This document shows positions 37,682 to 50,545 of a DNA stretch of 64,000 nucleotides, piece after piece (within the stretch, counting starts at the first letter, position 1; each line of letters opens with the position of its first letter). The notes beneath the pieces are model-generated. The model was not told where the DNA came from and ran no database searches. It saw only the letters and a list, made by a program, of their open reading frames with translations. The stretch is from Psilocybe cubensis (taxonomy: Eukaryota): contig CM039000.1 in NCBI GenBank assembly GCA_017499595.2, forward strand, positions 1,488,001-1,552,000, in the 5' to 3' direction. The translations under genes were made by a program, and so were the position numbers.

Positions 37682-40600
37682 TGTTAAAACTGCTCTCTAT
37701 GTCTCCCTCACTTTGCTATCTTATCAGATTAGATTACTTTCTTTTTATCTTCATTTGCTCTCCAGACCATTCTAGACACATGATATTTATCAGTCCATAG
37801 ACTGGTCTGGACCGGACCAGAGTAGACCTAGGTAGACCAGAGTACTTGAGTCTGCACAGTATATAGTTACTCTAGTTTACATCCTGAAGTCCCCAGTTAC
37901 TCACTTTGGACTTCAGGTTAGTTTGTTAGCACTTTGCTCAATTCACCCAGTCACTCACTCAGACGCTTTGTGCTCGCTTATCCCTGCGCCCTACGTTGTA
38001 TAATTAGGTCGCCGAGTAGCTCACACTGCTCCGAGCTCGCCTGCTTCAACAGGTTATGGGCCCCGCGCTCTAAGCGCTCCAATTCCGTGTTTTGCGAACC
38101 AAGTTGCTTTCTGCATAGTTTTCACAAAACGGTCATTTTTGTCTTTTTTGCTTTTTATCCTCTACCAGGCCCGGCCATACATTGCCGCTGCTAGTAGGGT
38201 TGAACGAGCACGCCTTACGCGACTTGTTAACCTCGGTTGAGCGGGCCCCCGTTGCCTAATCCCCGAGTTATTTCTAGTTAAAAGTAACCCTTTTAAATTA
38301 GGCTAGTTTAACTTCGTCTTTTCCACTTGCGTTCGCATCGCACCCCGAGCTCCGGGTAACGCCTAGTTCGTTTCCACACATCATTACACATCCCCACACA
38401 TTACTACCAACACTCGTATCCATCCGCTTACGCGTTCCTTCGCAATTCGCAATAATGACTTCTGATCCCCAAATCACTCCATTGAACTCAACCAACTACA
38501 ACACCTGGGCAGGCCAGATGACCGCCTATTTCCAGTCTAAAGGGATATGGCGCATTGTCAGCGGTGCTAGAGCACAGCCAACGCTCTCAAACAAGCCCAC
38601 TGCTCAGGAGGAAGCTTTGCTTGAAACCTACTTTGAGCAGAGAGACAAAGCATGTGGTTTGATCTATCTTAGTTTGGAGAATGATCAGAGGGTTCATGTG
38701 AAAGCCATCAAGGATGATCCTATCAAGATGTAGGATGCCCTTGCCACTGTACATCAGCAAAAGCGCCCTGGCAACCGCTTTAATGCATATGATGATCTGT
38801 TCTCCATCCGAAAGGAGGAAGGTGAAAACCTTCAAACCCTGATCAATAGAGTTGAGCAAGCCATGTTGCTAATTCAGCAGCTTCGCCCTAAGGGGTTTGA
38901 TCTGGCTAAGCTTGATGAAGAGCTTGCTTCGCTTGCTCTGGTCAGGGCACTCCCAGAGGAGTACAGTTCATTTGCATCCTTACTTCTCCTTTTGGACAAG
39001 TTAGACAAGGCTACAATTCACCAAGCCTTTGTCACAGAGGACATACAGCAATGTCGCCGCGCTTCAGAGTTGCCTGCACTCGCCACCGCGTTCCAGACCG
39101 CTCCAGCCCCTTCTGCATCCAAGCCCAAGTGCGCATTTTGTGATATGACCAATCATGCAATGGACAAGTGTCACAAGTTTATTGCTGCGCAAAAGGATGC
39201 GAAGGAGCGTGTCAAAGCGGCTCGCAAAGGCAATAGAGCGCACAAGGCCTCAGAGGCATCCAGTGAGGAAAAAGAGTCCAAGGACATGGAATTTGCTGGA
39301 AATGCAAGTGCTCTTAATACCGATGTTCCCTCTTCCATTTCACCCCAAACTAATGACGATTGGATTGCAGACACAGGGGCGACTTCTCATATGATGCCCC
39401 ATCGCAATTGGGTTAGAAATTACACCCCCCTTCGCATTCCAATCCGATTAGCAGATGAACGAGTTATTTATTCTGCAGGGGTGGGCACTGTGTTCTTTGA
39501 ACCAGTTGTAAATGGAATAAAGTCAAGAGGCGTCGAGTTAACTAGAGTTTTACATGTAACAGATCTCCGAAACAATCTACTGTCTGTTCTATACCTCACA
39601 AAGCACAAAGGCTTCAAAATCACTATTGATGCTAATCTGATGGAGTTTCATCGCAAAGGAGCTTGTCTCTTCTCTGCAGATGTTAGTACATCAAACTGCG
39701 CTTTATTGAATGGTTATACAGTTCCTATTTCGGAGTCTGCCTGTATTTCCTCCAATTCCACTCTACCCCTTGATATCAGTCTCTGGCATTGTTGGTTTGC
39801 TCATCATAGCTACACTGACATCCAGAAGATGATTAGAGAGGGTATGGTCACCGGACTCAAGCTGAATTCACAGCAACAGCCTGACCCCATTTGTGAACCT
39901 TGCCTTGCAGGCAAGATGCATTCCAACCCATTTCCTTCTTCACCCAGCATGTCAGATGTTCCGCTTGCGCTTATCTTCTCAGATCTGAAAGGTCCTATCT
40001 CGCCCCCTACTCCTGAAGGCTATCGCTACTGGATAACCTTTATTGATGACCATACAAAGAGTAGAGCTGCTGTGCTTCTTAAGCGCAAAAGCGATGCATT
40101 CAGTGCGTTTCAAACGTACAAAGCATGGGCTGAGAACAAATTAGGCTTTAAGATCAAAGCGCTGCAGGATGACAAAGCTGGTGAATACATGTCAAATGCT
40201 TTCATCAAATTCACTGACCAGTGTGGCATTGAGCTTCGTCATACAACGCGAAATCGCCCACAACAGAACGGAGTTGCAGAGCGTGCAAATCGCACCATGG
40301 CAGAACATGTTACTTCCATACTCAATGAGGCTCGTGTTCCACCTTCGTTTTGGGGTCGCTGTGTTGCAGCATATATGCATGTATGGAATCGTGTTCCTAC
40401 AGCTCCTCTACCGGACAAGACTCCGTATGAAAGCTGGAACAAGCGCAAACCTGATGTTAGTCATTTGAGGGTTTGGGGTTGCCTTGTATATGTTTATGTT
40501 CAGGGAGATAAGCGCAAATCGTTGCAGCCTCATATGGAGAAGTGTATCTTTGTTGGGTATCCTACTGGGTACAAGGGCTGGGAGTTTTACAACCCAGTCA

Positions 40601-42999
40601 CCAAAAGGTTCATTATCTCTGAGAGAGCTGATTTCGACGAAAGGTGCTTCCCTGGGGTGTCCACTGGCCCTATGCCAAAGTTTGACCTTCTTCCCACTTC
40701 TTCTGCAAGTGCACCACCTCCCAATTCAGGGGGGGACTCTAATGGCTTCAATTTTGATAATGATGAGGATGACTCTACTCCAATTCCTGTCATTGAGCCA
40801 GAGGTGCCTATTGCACCTCCTGAACAGCCAGCTGAACCGCCACAGCCTGAGGCCGTTCCTGCACCTCCTCCTAAGCCTGCACGCCGCCAGCGTGCTCCAG
40901 TTGATCCTGCAACGTTGAGACGCACTACTCGCGTTCCTAAGCAGCCTGGTGAATGGTGGAAAGTCTCACATGATCCTGAACCACCTGAAGCCAATGATCC
41001 TGGATTTGAAGAGGTAGAGTTTGCTGGGCTTGTTTCAAGCGCAGATCCGCGCACATTCAAACAGGCAATGAAAGCGCCTGATGCGCACATGTGGGAAGAG
41101 GCTGCTAACACAGAATTCAATCTGTTGCAGCACAATCAAACTTGGGAGCGAGTTGAGCTCCCTCCGGGTCAAAAGGCAATTGGCTGTGGTTGGGTCTTTA
41201 AAATCAAGCGAAATGCAGATGGCAGTATAGAGCGTTACAAGGCTCGTATTGTTGCCAAGGGTTACAGTCAGCGCCCTGGCATTAATTACCATGAGGTCTT
41301 TGCTCCTACTTTCCGCCCTGCTACTTTCCGCTTGATTGTGGCTCTGGCCGCCATTGGAGACTTGAAGTTGCGCTCTGTTGATATTACAGCTGCTTTCACT
41401 AAAGGTGACCTAGACGAGGAGATTTACATGTTACAACCTGAAGGATTTCACCAAGGTGGTCCTAACATGGTTTTGAAGCTCAAAAAGTCGCTCTATGGTC
41501 TTAAGCAGTCTGCACGTCAATGGAACCTCAAGTTGCATGAGGCATTGTCAGATATGGGGTTCAAGCGTATAGAATCAGATCGCTCTGTCTACATCTATTC
41601 AGATGGAGATGTGAAGATTATTGTTCCCATTTACATTGATGACATTACCTTTGCTTCCAAATCGGACGCTGCCATAGATAGAGCTGTTAAGCAGCTAGCT
41701 GCGCATTTTGAACTCCGTGATCTGGGTCCTACACAGTATTTACTTGGTGTTGCCATTGAGCGAGATATGGCTACTAAAACCATTTCCTTGCATCAGCGTC
41801 AGTATATCCTCGATATGCTTGATACATATGGCATGACTGACTCTAATCCGGTCAAAACACCTATGGCTGTGGGCACTGTTCTCTCCAAGGCAGATGGACC
41901 TCAGAATGGAGATGAGGTGGAATTTATGCGAAATGTTCCCTACCTCAATGCAGTTGGCTCCTTGCAGTATCTAGCCACCATGACCCGTCCTGACATTGCT
42001 TTTACTGTGTCCTATCTGGCACGCTTCAACTCCAATCCTGGGCCTAAGCATTGGGCTGCGGTTAAACACTTATTCCGCTACCTCAGAGGCACTCTGGATT
42101 ACAAGTTGACTTATTCTGGCGCTGTGGGCCATGATAACTTTGTCACCTACACTGATGCTGCACATGGTGATTGTGTAGATACTGGACGCTCTACGAGTGG
42201 TTATTTGACCGTTCTAGCTGGAGGTGCTATTGGCTGGGCAAGCAAACTCCAAACTGTTGTAACACTGTCTACTACAGAGGCAGAGTACATTGCTGCAGTG
42301 GAGGCAGCCAAGGAGATTGTGTGGATGCGCAATATCCTTGAGGAGTTTGGCTACACAGTTACTGAGCCTTCTGTGCTGCATATGGACAACCAGTCATCTA
42401 TCAGTGTTTCCAAGAATCCAGAGCACCATGGACGGATGAAGCACCTTGATTTGCGCTATTATTGGCTTAGGGATGCTGTTGGTGTTGGAAAGATTTCTCC
42501 TTTTTATATTCCTACTGATCAGCAAGCTGCTGATATTCTTACCAAACCCCTCTCACCTCCTAAAGTGGACTTTTGTAGAGATAAAATGGGTCTCAAACTT
42601 TAATCTTTCTTTCTCTGTTTTGCTTTATTTTTCTTTGTTCTGGAGACTTGTCAGAACAGGGGGGAGTGTTAAAACTGCTCTCTATGTCTCCCTCACTTTG
42701 CTATCTTATCAGATTAGATTACTTTCTTCTTATCTTCATTTGCTCTCCAGACCATTCTAGACACATGATATTTATCAGTCCATAGACTGGTCTGGACCGG
42801 ACCAGAGTAGACCTAGGTAGACCAGAGTACTTGAGTCTACACAGTATATAGTCACTCTAGTTTACATCCTGAAGTCCCCAGTTACTCACTTCGGACTTCA
42901 GGTTAGTTTGTTAGCACTTTGCTCAATTCACCCAGTTACTCACTTCGGACTTCAGGTCGCCGAGTAGCTCACACTGCCCCGAGCTCGCCTGCTTCAACA
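37682..42999 (+). mobile_element. Copia family 1 copy E, near-identical tandem duplicate of D
   Basis: Constant 6376-bp offset from D; LTRs 37682-38051 and 42667-42999. Confidence 0.95.
38455..42603 (+). pseudogene. Copia gag-pol of copy E, same gag stop (38731-33)
   Basis: Protein matches D except SAFIS>SACIS. Confidence 0.92.
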
Positions 43000-44057
43000 T
43001 ATTCCAGGACACTGCTACTAGTAACTGTGCTAAACAGCTTGTTGCTTGTTAGATTATCTTCAAAGGCTGCCCTCTGTTCATATAAGCAGCCAGCAAGTTG
43101 CAGGACATCACTTTCTGCACAAGGTACTAGAAATAGGGTCACCCTCATATCTTGTATAGTGCACTTGCTGTGAGCTGCCCTTGGTACTCCAGTCCCCACA
43201 AGAATAAAAAACACTGCGCTGTTACAGGCTGCTGCAAAGGTAATCCTAATGCAGACCCACTAATTCTCTCTATACCCAAGGGGAAGGAGTGTCTGTATAT
43301 TCTTTGCTTTTCCAAAGATTTTTTCTAATACACACTTCTTAGAATAGTTTGTTTCAATTTCACAAAGTTTGCACTTAGCATAAAAACTATCCTGGAATGT
43401 TGTAACTAGATGTTTGACAATTTCTTTATCCAAATGCCTCTATGGTGTTTTCAGAAGTCCATACTGTATCCTTTACCACTACAAAAAAAGGTGATGATAT
43501 TATTGATGCACTACTGCACCCTGTATCAATGTTTATAGTGCACACACCTGAACCCAATGCATATCCTCATATTATGGCCTATATGTCTAACTGCTTGAGT
43601 GTATACTAACTGTCTATGTATTGCAATCTTATTTATTATTATAATGTGCTTATTCTGACTCTTTTTTTTTATGGCAAGTTATACAACCTTCTGAACATTT
43701 ATTCTGACAATAGTAAGTTTACCTCTCCTTAATCAATTACTCATGCATGCAGCAGATATTTGGCTTGACTTTGTTTTTAGACTGTTTATCAACAAAGTTG
43801 CACAAGCCTTAAACAAAAAATATTTATTTAACACTGCTATTATCTTGACTATCAAAAACCAACAAGAACCATTTCTATTCAAATGCCCACCTATCACATA
43901 TCCAAGCCTAGTTCTATTCCCAGAAGAAGACTCAATCTCAACTACTTGAGTTGCTTCTGCCACCTTTGAGTTTTAACTACTATAACTAGAGCAGTCAGAG
44001 TCTGAATCTCTGGCACTTCACCATAACCTTTAACACATATGAAACAATACCTACCTT

Positions 44058-47000
44058 TGTTAAAACTGCTCTCTATGTCTCCCTCACTTTGCTATCTTAT
44101 CAGATTAGATTACTTTCTTTTTATCTTCATTTGCTCTCCAGACCATTCTAGACACATGATATTTATCAGTCCATAGACTGGTCTGGACCGGACCAGAGTA
44201 GACCTAGGTAGACCAGAGTACTTGAGTCTGCACAGTATATAGTTACTCTAGTTTACATCCTGAAGTCCCCAGTTACTCACTTTGGACTTCAGGTTAGTTT
44301 GTTAGCACTTTGCTCAATTCACCCAGTCACTCACTCAGACGCTTTGTGCTCGCTTATCCCTGCGCCCTACGTTGTATAATTAGGTCGCCGAGTAGCTCAC
44401 ACTGCTCCGAGCTCGCCTGCTTCAACAGGTTATGGGCCCCGCACTCTAAGCGCTCCAATTCTGTGTTTTGCGAACCAAGTTGCTTTCTGCATAGTTTTCA
44501 CAAAACGGTCATTTTTGTCTTTTTTGCTTTTTATCCTCTACCAGGCCCGGCCATACATTGCCGCTGCTAGTAGGGTTGAACGAGCACGCCTTACGCGACT
44601 TGTTAACCTCGGTTGAGCGGGCCCCCGTTGCCTAATCCCCGAGTTATTTCTAGTTAAAAGTAACCCTTTTAAATTAGGCTAGTTTAACTTCGTCTTTTCA
44701 ACTTGCGTTTGCATTGCACCCCAAGCTCCGGGTAACGCCTAGCTCGTTTCCACACATTATTACACATCCCTACACATTACTACCAACACTCGTATTCATC
44801 CGCTTACGCGTTCCTTCGCAATTCGCAATAATGACTTCTGATCCCCAAATCACTCCATTGAACTCAACCAACTACAACACCTGGGAAGGCCAGATGACCG
44901 CCTATTTCCAGTCTAAAGGGATATGGCGCATTGTCAGCGGTGCTAGAGCACAGCCAACGCTCTCATACAAGCCCACTGCTCAGGAGGAAGCTTTGCTTGA
45001 AACCTATTTTGAGCAGAGAGACAAAGCATGTGGTTTGATCTATCTCAGTTTGGAGAATGATCAGAGGGTTCATGTGAAAGCCATCAAGGATGATCCTATC
45101 AAGATGTAGGATGCCCTTGCCACTGTACATCAGCAAAAGCGCCCTGGCAACCGCTTTAATGCATATGATGATCTGTTCTCCATCCGAAAGGAGGAAGGTG
45201 AAAACCTTCAAACCCTGATCAATAGAGTTGAGCAAGCCATGTTGCTAATTCAGCAGCTTCGCCCTAAGGGGTTTGATCTGGCTAAGCTTGATGAAGAGCT
45301 TGCTTTGCTTGCTCTGGTCAGGGCACTCCCAAAAGAGTACAGTTCATTTGCATCCTCACTTCTTCTTTTGGACAAGTTGGACAAGGCTACAATTCATCAA
45401 GCCTTTGTCACAAGGGACATACAGCAACATCGCCGCGCTTCGGAGTTGCCTGCACTCGCCACCGCGTTCCAGACCGCTCCAGCCCCTTCTGCATCCAAGC
45501 CCAAGTGCGCATTTTGTGATATGACCAATCATGCAATGGACAAGTGTCACAAGTTCATTGCTGCGCAAAAGGATGCGAAGGAGCGTGTCAAAGCGGCTCG
45601 CAAAGGCAATAGAGCGCACAAGGCCTCAGAGGCATCCAGTGAGGAAAAAGAGTCCAAGGACATGGAATTTGCTGGAAATGCAAGTGCTCTTAATACCAAT
45701 GTTCCCTCTTCCATTTCACCCCAAACTAATGACGATTGGATTGCAGACACAGGGGCGACTTCTCATATGACGCCCCATCGCAATTGGGTTAGAAATTACA
45801 CCCCCCTTCGCATTCCAATCCGATTAGCAGATGAACGAGTTATTTATTCTGCAGGGGTGGGCACTGTGTTCTTTGAACCAGTTGTAAATAGAATAAAGTC
45901 AAGAGGCATCGAGTTAACTAGAGTTTTACATGTACCAGATCTCCAAAACAATCTACTGTCTGTTCTATATCTCACAAAGCACAAAGGCTTTAAAATCACT
46001 ATTGATGCTAATCTGATGCAGTTTCATCGCAAAGGAGCTTGTCTCTTCTCTGCAGATGTTAGTACATCAAACTGCGCTTTATTGAACGGTTATACAATTC
46101 CTATTTTGGAGTCTGCCTTTATTTCCTCCAATTCTACTCTACCCCTTGATATCAGTCTCTGGCATTGTCGGTTTGCTCATCATAGCTACACTGACATCCA
46201 GAAGATGATTAGAGAGGGTATGGTCACCGGACTCAAGCTGAATTCACAGCAACAGCCTGACCCCATTTGTGAACCTTGCCTTGCAGGCAAGATGCATTCC
46301 AATCCATTTCCTTCTTCACCAAGCATATCAGATGTTCCGCTTGCGCTTATCTTCTCAGATCTGAATGGTCCTATCTCGCCCCCTACTCCTAAAGGCTATC
46401 GCTACTGGATAACCTTTATCAATGACCATACAAAAAGTAGAGCTGCTGTGCTTCTTAAGCGCAAAAGCGATGCATTCAGGGCGTTTCAAATGTACAAAGC
46501 ATGGGCTGAGAACAAATTAGGCTTTAAGATCAAAGCGCTGCAGGATGACAAAGCTGGTGAATACATGTCAAATGCTTTCATCAAATTCACTGACCAGTGT
46601 GGCATTGAGCGTCGTCATACAACGCGAAATCGCCCACAACAGAACGGAGTTGCAGAGCGTGCAAATCGCACCATGGCAAAACATGTTACTTCCATGCTCA
46701 ATGAGGCTCGTGTTCCACCTTCATTTTGGGGTCGCTGTGTTGCAGCATACATGCATGTATGGAATCGTGTTCTTACAGCTCCTCTACCGGACAAGACTCC
46801 GTATGAAAGCTGGAACAAGCGCAAACCTGATGTTAGTCATTTGAGGGTTTGGGGTTGCCTTGCATATGTTTATGTTCAGGGAGATAAGCGCAAATCGTTG
46901 CAGCCTCATATGGAGAAGTGTATCTTTGTTGGGTATCCTACTGGGTACAAGGGCTGGGAGTTTTACAACCCAGTCACCAAAAGGTTCATTATCTCTGAGA

Positions 47001-49420
47001 GAGCTGATTTCAACAAAAGGTGCTTTCCTGGGGTGTCCACTGGCCCTATGCCAAAGTTTAACCTTCTTCCCACTTCTTCTGCAAGTGCACCACCTCCCAA
47101 TTCATGGGGGGACTCTAATGGCTTCAATTTTGATAATGATGAGGATGACTCTACTCCAATTCCTGTCATTGAGCCAGAGGTGCCTATTGCACCTCCTGAA
47201 CAGCCAGCTGAACCGCCACAGCCTGAGGCCGTTCCTGCACCTCCTCCTAAGCCTGCACGCCGCCAGCGTGCTCCAGTTGATCCTGCAACGTTGAGACGCA
47301 CTACTCGCGTTCCTAAGCAGCCTGGTGAATGGTGGAAGGTCTCACATGATCCTGAACCACCTGAAGCCAATGATCCTGGATTTGAAGAGGTGGAGTTTGC
47401 TGGGCTTGTTTCAAGCGCAGATCCGCGCACATTCAAACAGGCAATAAAAGCGCCTGATGCGCACATGTGGGAAGAGGCTGCTAACACAGAATTCAATCTG
47501 TTGCAGCACAACCAAACTTGGGAGCGAGTTGAGCTCCCTCCGGGTCAAAAGACAATTGGCTGTGGTTGGGTCTTTAAAATCAAGCGAAATGCAGATGGCA
47601 GTATAGAGTGCTACAAGGCTTGTATTGTTGCCAAAGGCTACAGTCAGCGCCCTGGCATTGATTACCATGAGGTCTTTGCTCCTACTTTCCGCCCTGCTAC
47701 TTTCCGCTTGATTGTGACTCTGGCCGCCATTGGAGACTTGAAGTTGCGCTCTGTTGATATTACAGCTGCTTTCACTAAAGGTGACCTAGACGAGGAGATT
47801 TACATGTTACAACCTGAAGGATTTCACCAAGGTGGTCCTAACATGGTTTTGAAGCTCAAAAAGTCGCTCTATGGTTTTAAGCAGTCTGCACGTCAATGGA
47901 ACCTCAAGTTGCATGAGGCATTGTCAGATATGGGGTTCAAGCGTATAGAATCAGATCACTCTGTCTACATCTATTCAGATGGAAATGTGAAGATTATTGT
48001 TCCCATTTACATTGATGACATCACCTTTGCCTCCAAATCGGACGCCGCCATAGATAGAGCTGTTAAGCAGCTAGCTGCGCGTTCTGAACTCCGTGATCTG
48101 GGTCCTACACAGTATTTACTTGGTGTTGCCATTAAGCAAGATATGGTTGCTAAAACCATTTCCTTGCATCAGCGTCCGTATATCCTTGATATGCTTGATA
48201 CATATGGCATGACTGATTCTAATCCGGTCAAAACACCTATGGTTGTGGGCACTGTTCTGTCCAAGGCAGATGGACCTCAGAATAGAGATGAGGTGGAATT
48301 TATGCGAAATGTTCCCTACCTCAATGCAGTTGGCTCCTTGCAGTATCTAGCCACCATGACCCGTCCTGACATTGCTTTTACTGTGTCCTATCTGGCACGC
48401 TTCAACTCCAATCCTGGGCCTAAGCATTGGGCTGCGGTTAAACATTTATTCCGCTACCTCAAAGGCACTCTGGATTACAAGTTGACTTATTCTGGCGCTG
48501 TGGGCCATGATAACTTTGTCACCTACACTGATGCTGCACATGGTGATTGTGTAGATACTGGACGCTCTACGAGTGGTTATTTGACCGTTCTAGCTGGAGG
48601 TGCTATTGGCTGGGCAAGCAAACTCCAAACTGTTGTAACTCTGTCTACTACTGAGGTAGAGTATATTGCTGCGGTGGAGGCAGCCAAGGAGATTGTGTGG
48701 ATGTGCAATATCCTTGAGAAGTTTGGCTACATAGTCACTAAGCCCTCTGTGCTGCATATGGACAACCAGTCATCTATCAGTGTTTCCAAGAATCCAGAGC
48801 ACCATGGACGGATGAAGCACCTTGATTTGCACTATTATTGGCTTAGGGATGCTGTTGGTGTTGGAAAGATTTCTCCTTCTTATATTTCTACTGATCAGCA
48901 AGCTGCTGATATTCTTACCAAACCCCTCTCACCTCCCAAAGTGGACTTTTGTAGAGATAAAATGGGTCTTAAACTTTAATCTTTCTTTCTCTGTTTTGCT
49001 TTATTTTTCTTTATTCTGGAGACTTGTCAGAACAGGGGGGAGTGTTAAAACTGCTCTCTATGTCTCCCTCACTTTGCTATCTTATCAGATTAGATTACTT
49101 TCTTCTTATCTTCATTTGCTCTCCAGACCATTCTAGACACATGATATTTATCAGTCTATAGACTAGTCTGGACCGGACCAGAATAGATCTAGATAGACCA
49201 GAGTATTTGAGTCTACACAGTATATAGTCACTCTAGTTTATATCTTGAAGTTCCCAGTTACTCACTTTAGACTTCAGGTTAGTTTGTTAGCATTTTGCTC
49301 AATTCACTCAGTTACTCACTTCGGACTTCAGACGCTTCGTGCACACTTATTTCTGCGCCCTACATTCTATAACTAGGTTGCTGAGTAGCTCACACTGCCC
49401 CGAGCTCGCCTGCTTCAACA
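44058..49420 (+). mobile_element. Copia family 1 copy F (5' LTR 44058-44427; 3' LTR 49043-49420, 378 bp)
   Basis: LTRs, PBS, PPT, gag-pol; more substitutions than D/E. Confidence 0.95.
44831..48979 (+). pseudogene. Copia gag-pol of copy F, gag stop at 45107-09 and missense decay
   Basis: ECYKAC in place of ERYKAR; FINDH in place of FIDDH. Confidence 0.92.
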
Positions 49421-49600
49421 AAAAGAACTCACTTTTACTTTGTAAAAGTCTTGTAATAGTGCAATCAGCGTCAATCAAAACGTTAGATCCAGAGATCCCC
49501 ATCCACACATCGCGAGTACATATAATCATAGCAGCAACAAGCAATTTGGAAGACTAATATCTGTTAGAATCACTCAATCAGGTGATGACGGAAAAGATAC

Positions 49601-49671
49601 AGTCAGGACTGGAGTTGAACCAGTGACTTCTGGCTATATATGCCAATGCTCTACCACTGAGCTACATGACC
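49601..49671 (-). other. tRNA-like sequence (pseudo-tRNA or tRNA-derived repeat head)
   Basis: GGTCATG TAGCTCAGTGGTAGAGC ATTGGC ATATATA GCCAG AAGTC ACTGGTTCAACTCCAGT CCTGACT: A box, B box and cloverleaf stems, with a non-canonical anticodon loop. Confidence 0.65.
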
Positions 49672-49744
49672 CATGGATAGATAGAGAGTTACATATATGT
49701 CAGCAATATCCCCATTGATGCATGCTGAACACACACTTAGAAGC

Positions 49745-50545
49745 AACTGAAGTCAGCTCTAGAGCTTCAAAAAAGCTTGTGATAGACATAAAAGTACCAT
49801 GTGCAACCCAAGTCAGCACATCCAGAGGCAACCAAAGTCAGCCTCTGCAGCTGTTGAAAAAAATATAATAGTCGATTCACTGTGTGGCTGATTCAGACAA
49901 ACATGTAGAAAAAGGATGTAGAAAAGATAAACAAAAAACTGTGTGTGAGCATTGATGATGCTATACCAGATTCAAAGTCTATTTTTCAGGCAATGTGTTA
50001 CAAGGCCATTGGGGGACTTGATGTAATGAAATGTAGAGTCACTAGGTATGACCCTATAAACCTCTTTGTGGATCAAATGCATGAATAAAAAAAGTGACCA
50101 AATTCAGCCAGTCAGCACAATCAAGTGACCAAAGTCAGCCAGTCCAGAATGTTGCGGGGCAACCAAAGTCAGCCATATCGTTGTTTCACGTTGTATGGTA
50201 GAAACAGTAGGTCTAAGGTCAGAATACGGGTATAAATGTGACCAAAGTCAGCATAGTTAGCACAGCCAAAAACAACCAAAGTCAGTGCTTATCATGCGAG
50301 GCAACCCAAGTCAGCCATATTGTAAAGGTGGTAAGGACAGAAAATAGAAATAGGCAAGAAATAGGAGTGCATTGGTTCAGATTCCAATAGTCACGTGATT
50401 ATTTCACCGCCCCTGCTTACTGATGGTTGCCTTTGATGCTCTTGCCTTCACTTTCCACTCTAATTTTGAGCTGACTTTGGTTGCTCCTCTGTCCGTATAG
50501 CTAACTTTGGTCACTGTGCTTTTGCTCGGCTGACTTTGGTTGCTG
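49745..50545. repeat. Dispersed array of (CA/TG)ACCAAAGTCAGC motifs, about 9 direct then 3 inverted
   Basis: Direct copies near 49748, 49805, 49829, 50095, 50126, 50160, 50239, 50273, 50302; inverted copies near 50469, 50499, 50528. Confidence 0.75.

Noticed and set aside
23522-47668. Recurrent antisense and alternate-frame ORFs (182, 144, 104, 99, 85 aa)
   Set aside because: Shadows of Copia pol/LTR, repeated only because the element is repeated.
49745-50545. CRISPR-like repeat-spacer pattern
   Set aside because: Repeats are only ~12-14 bp, spacing is irregular and orientation is mixed.
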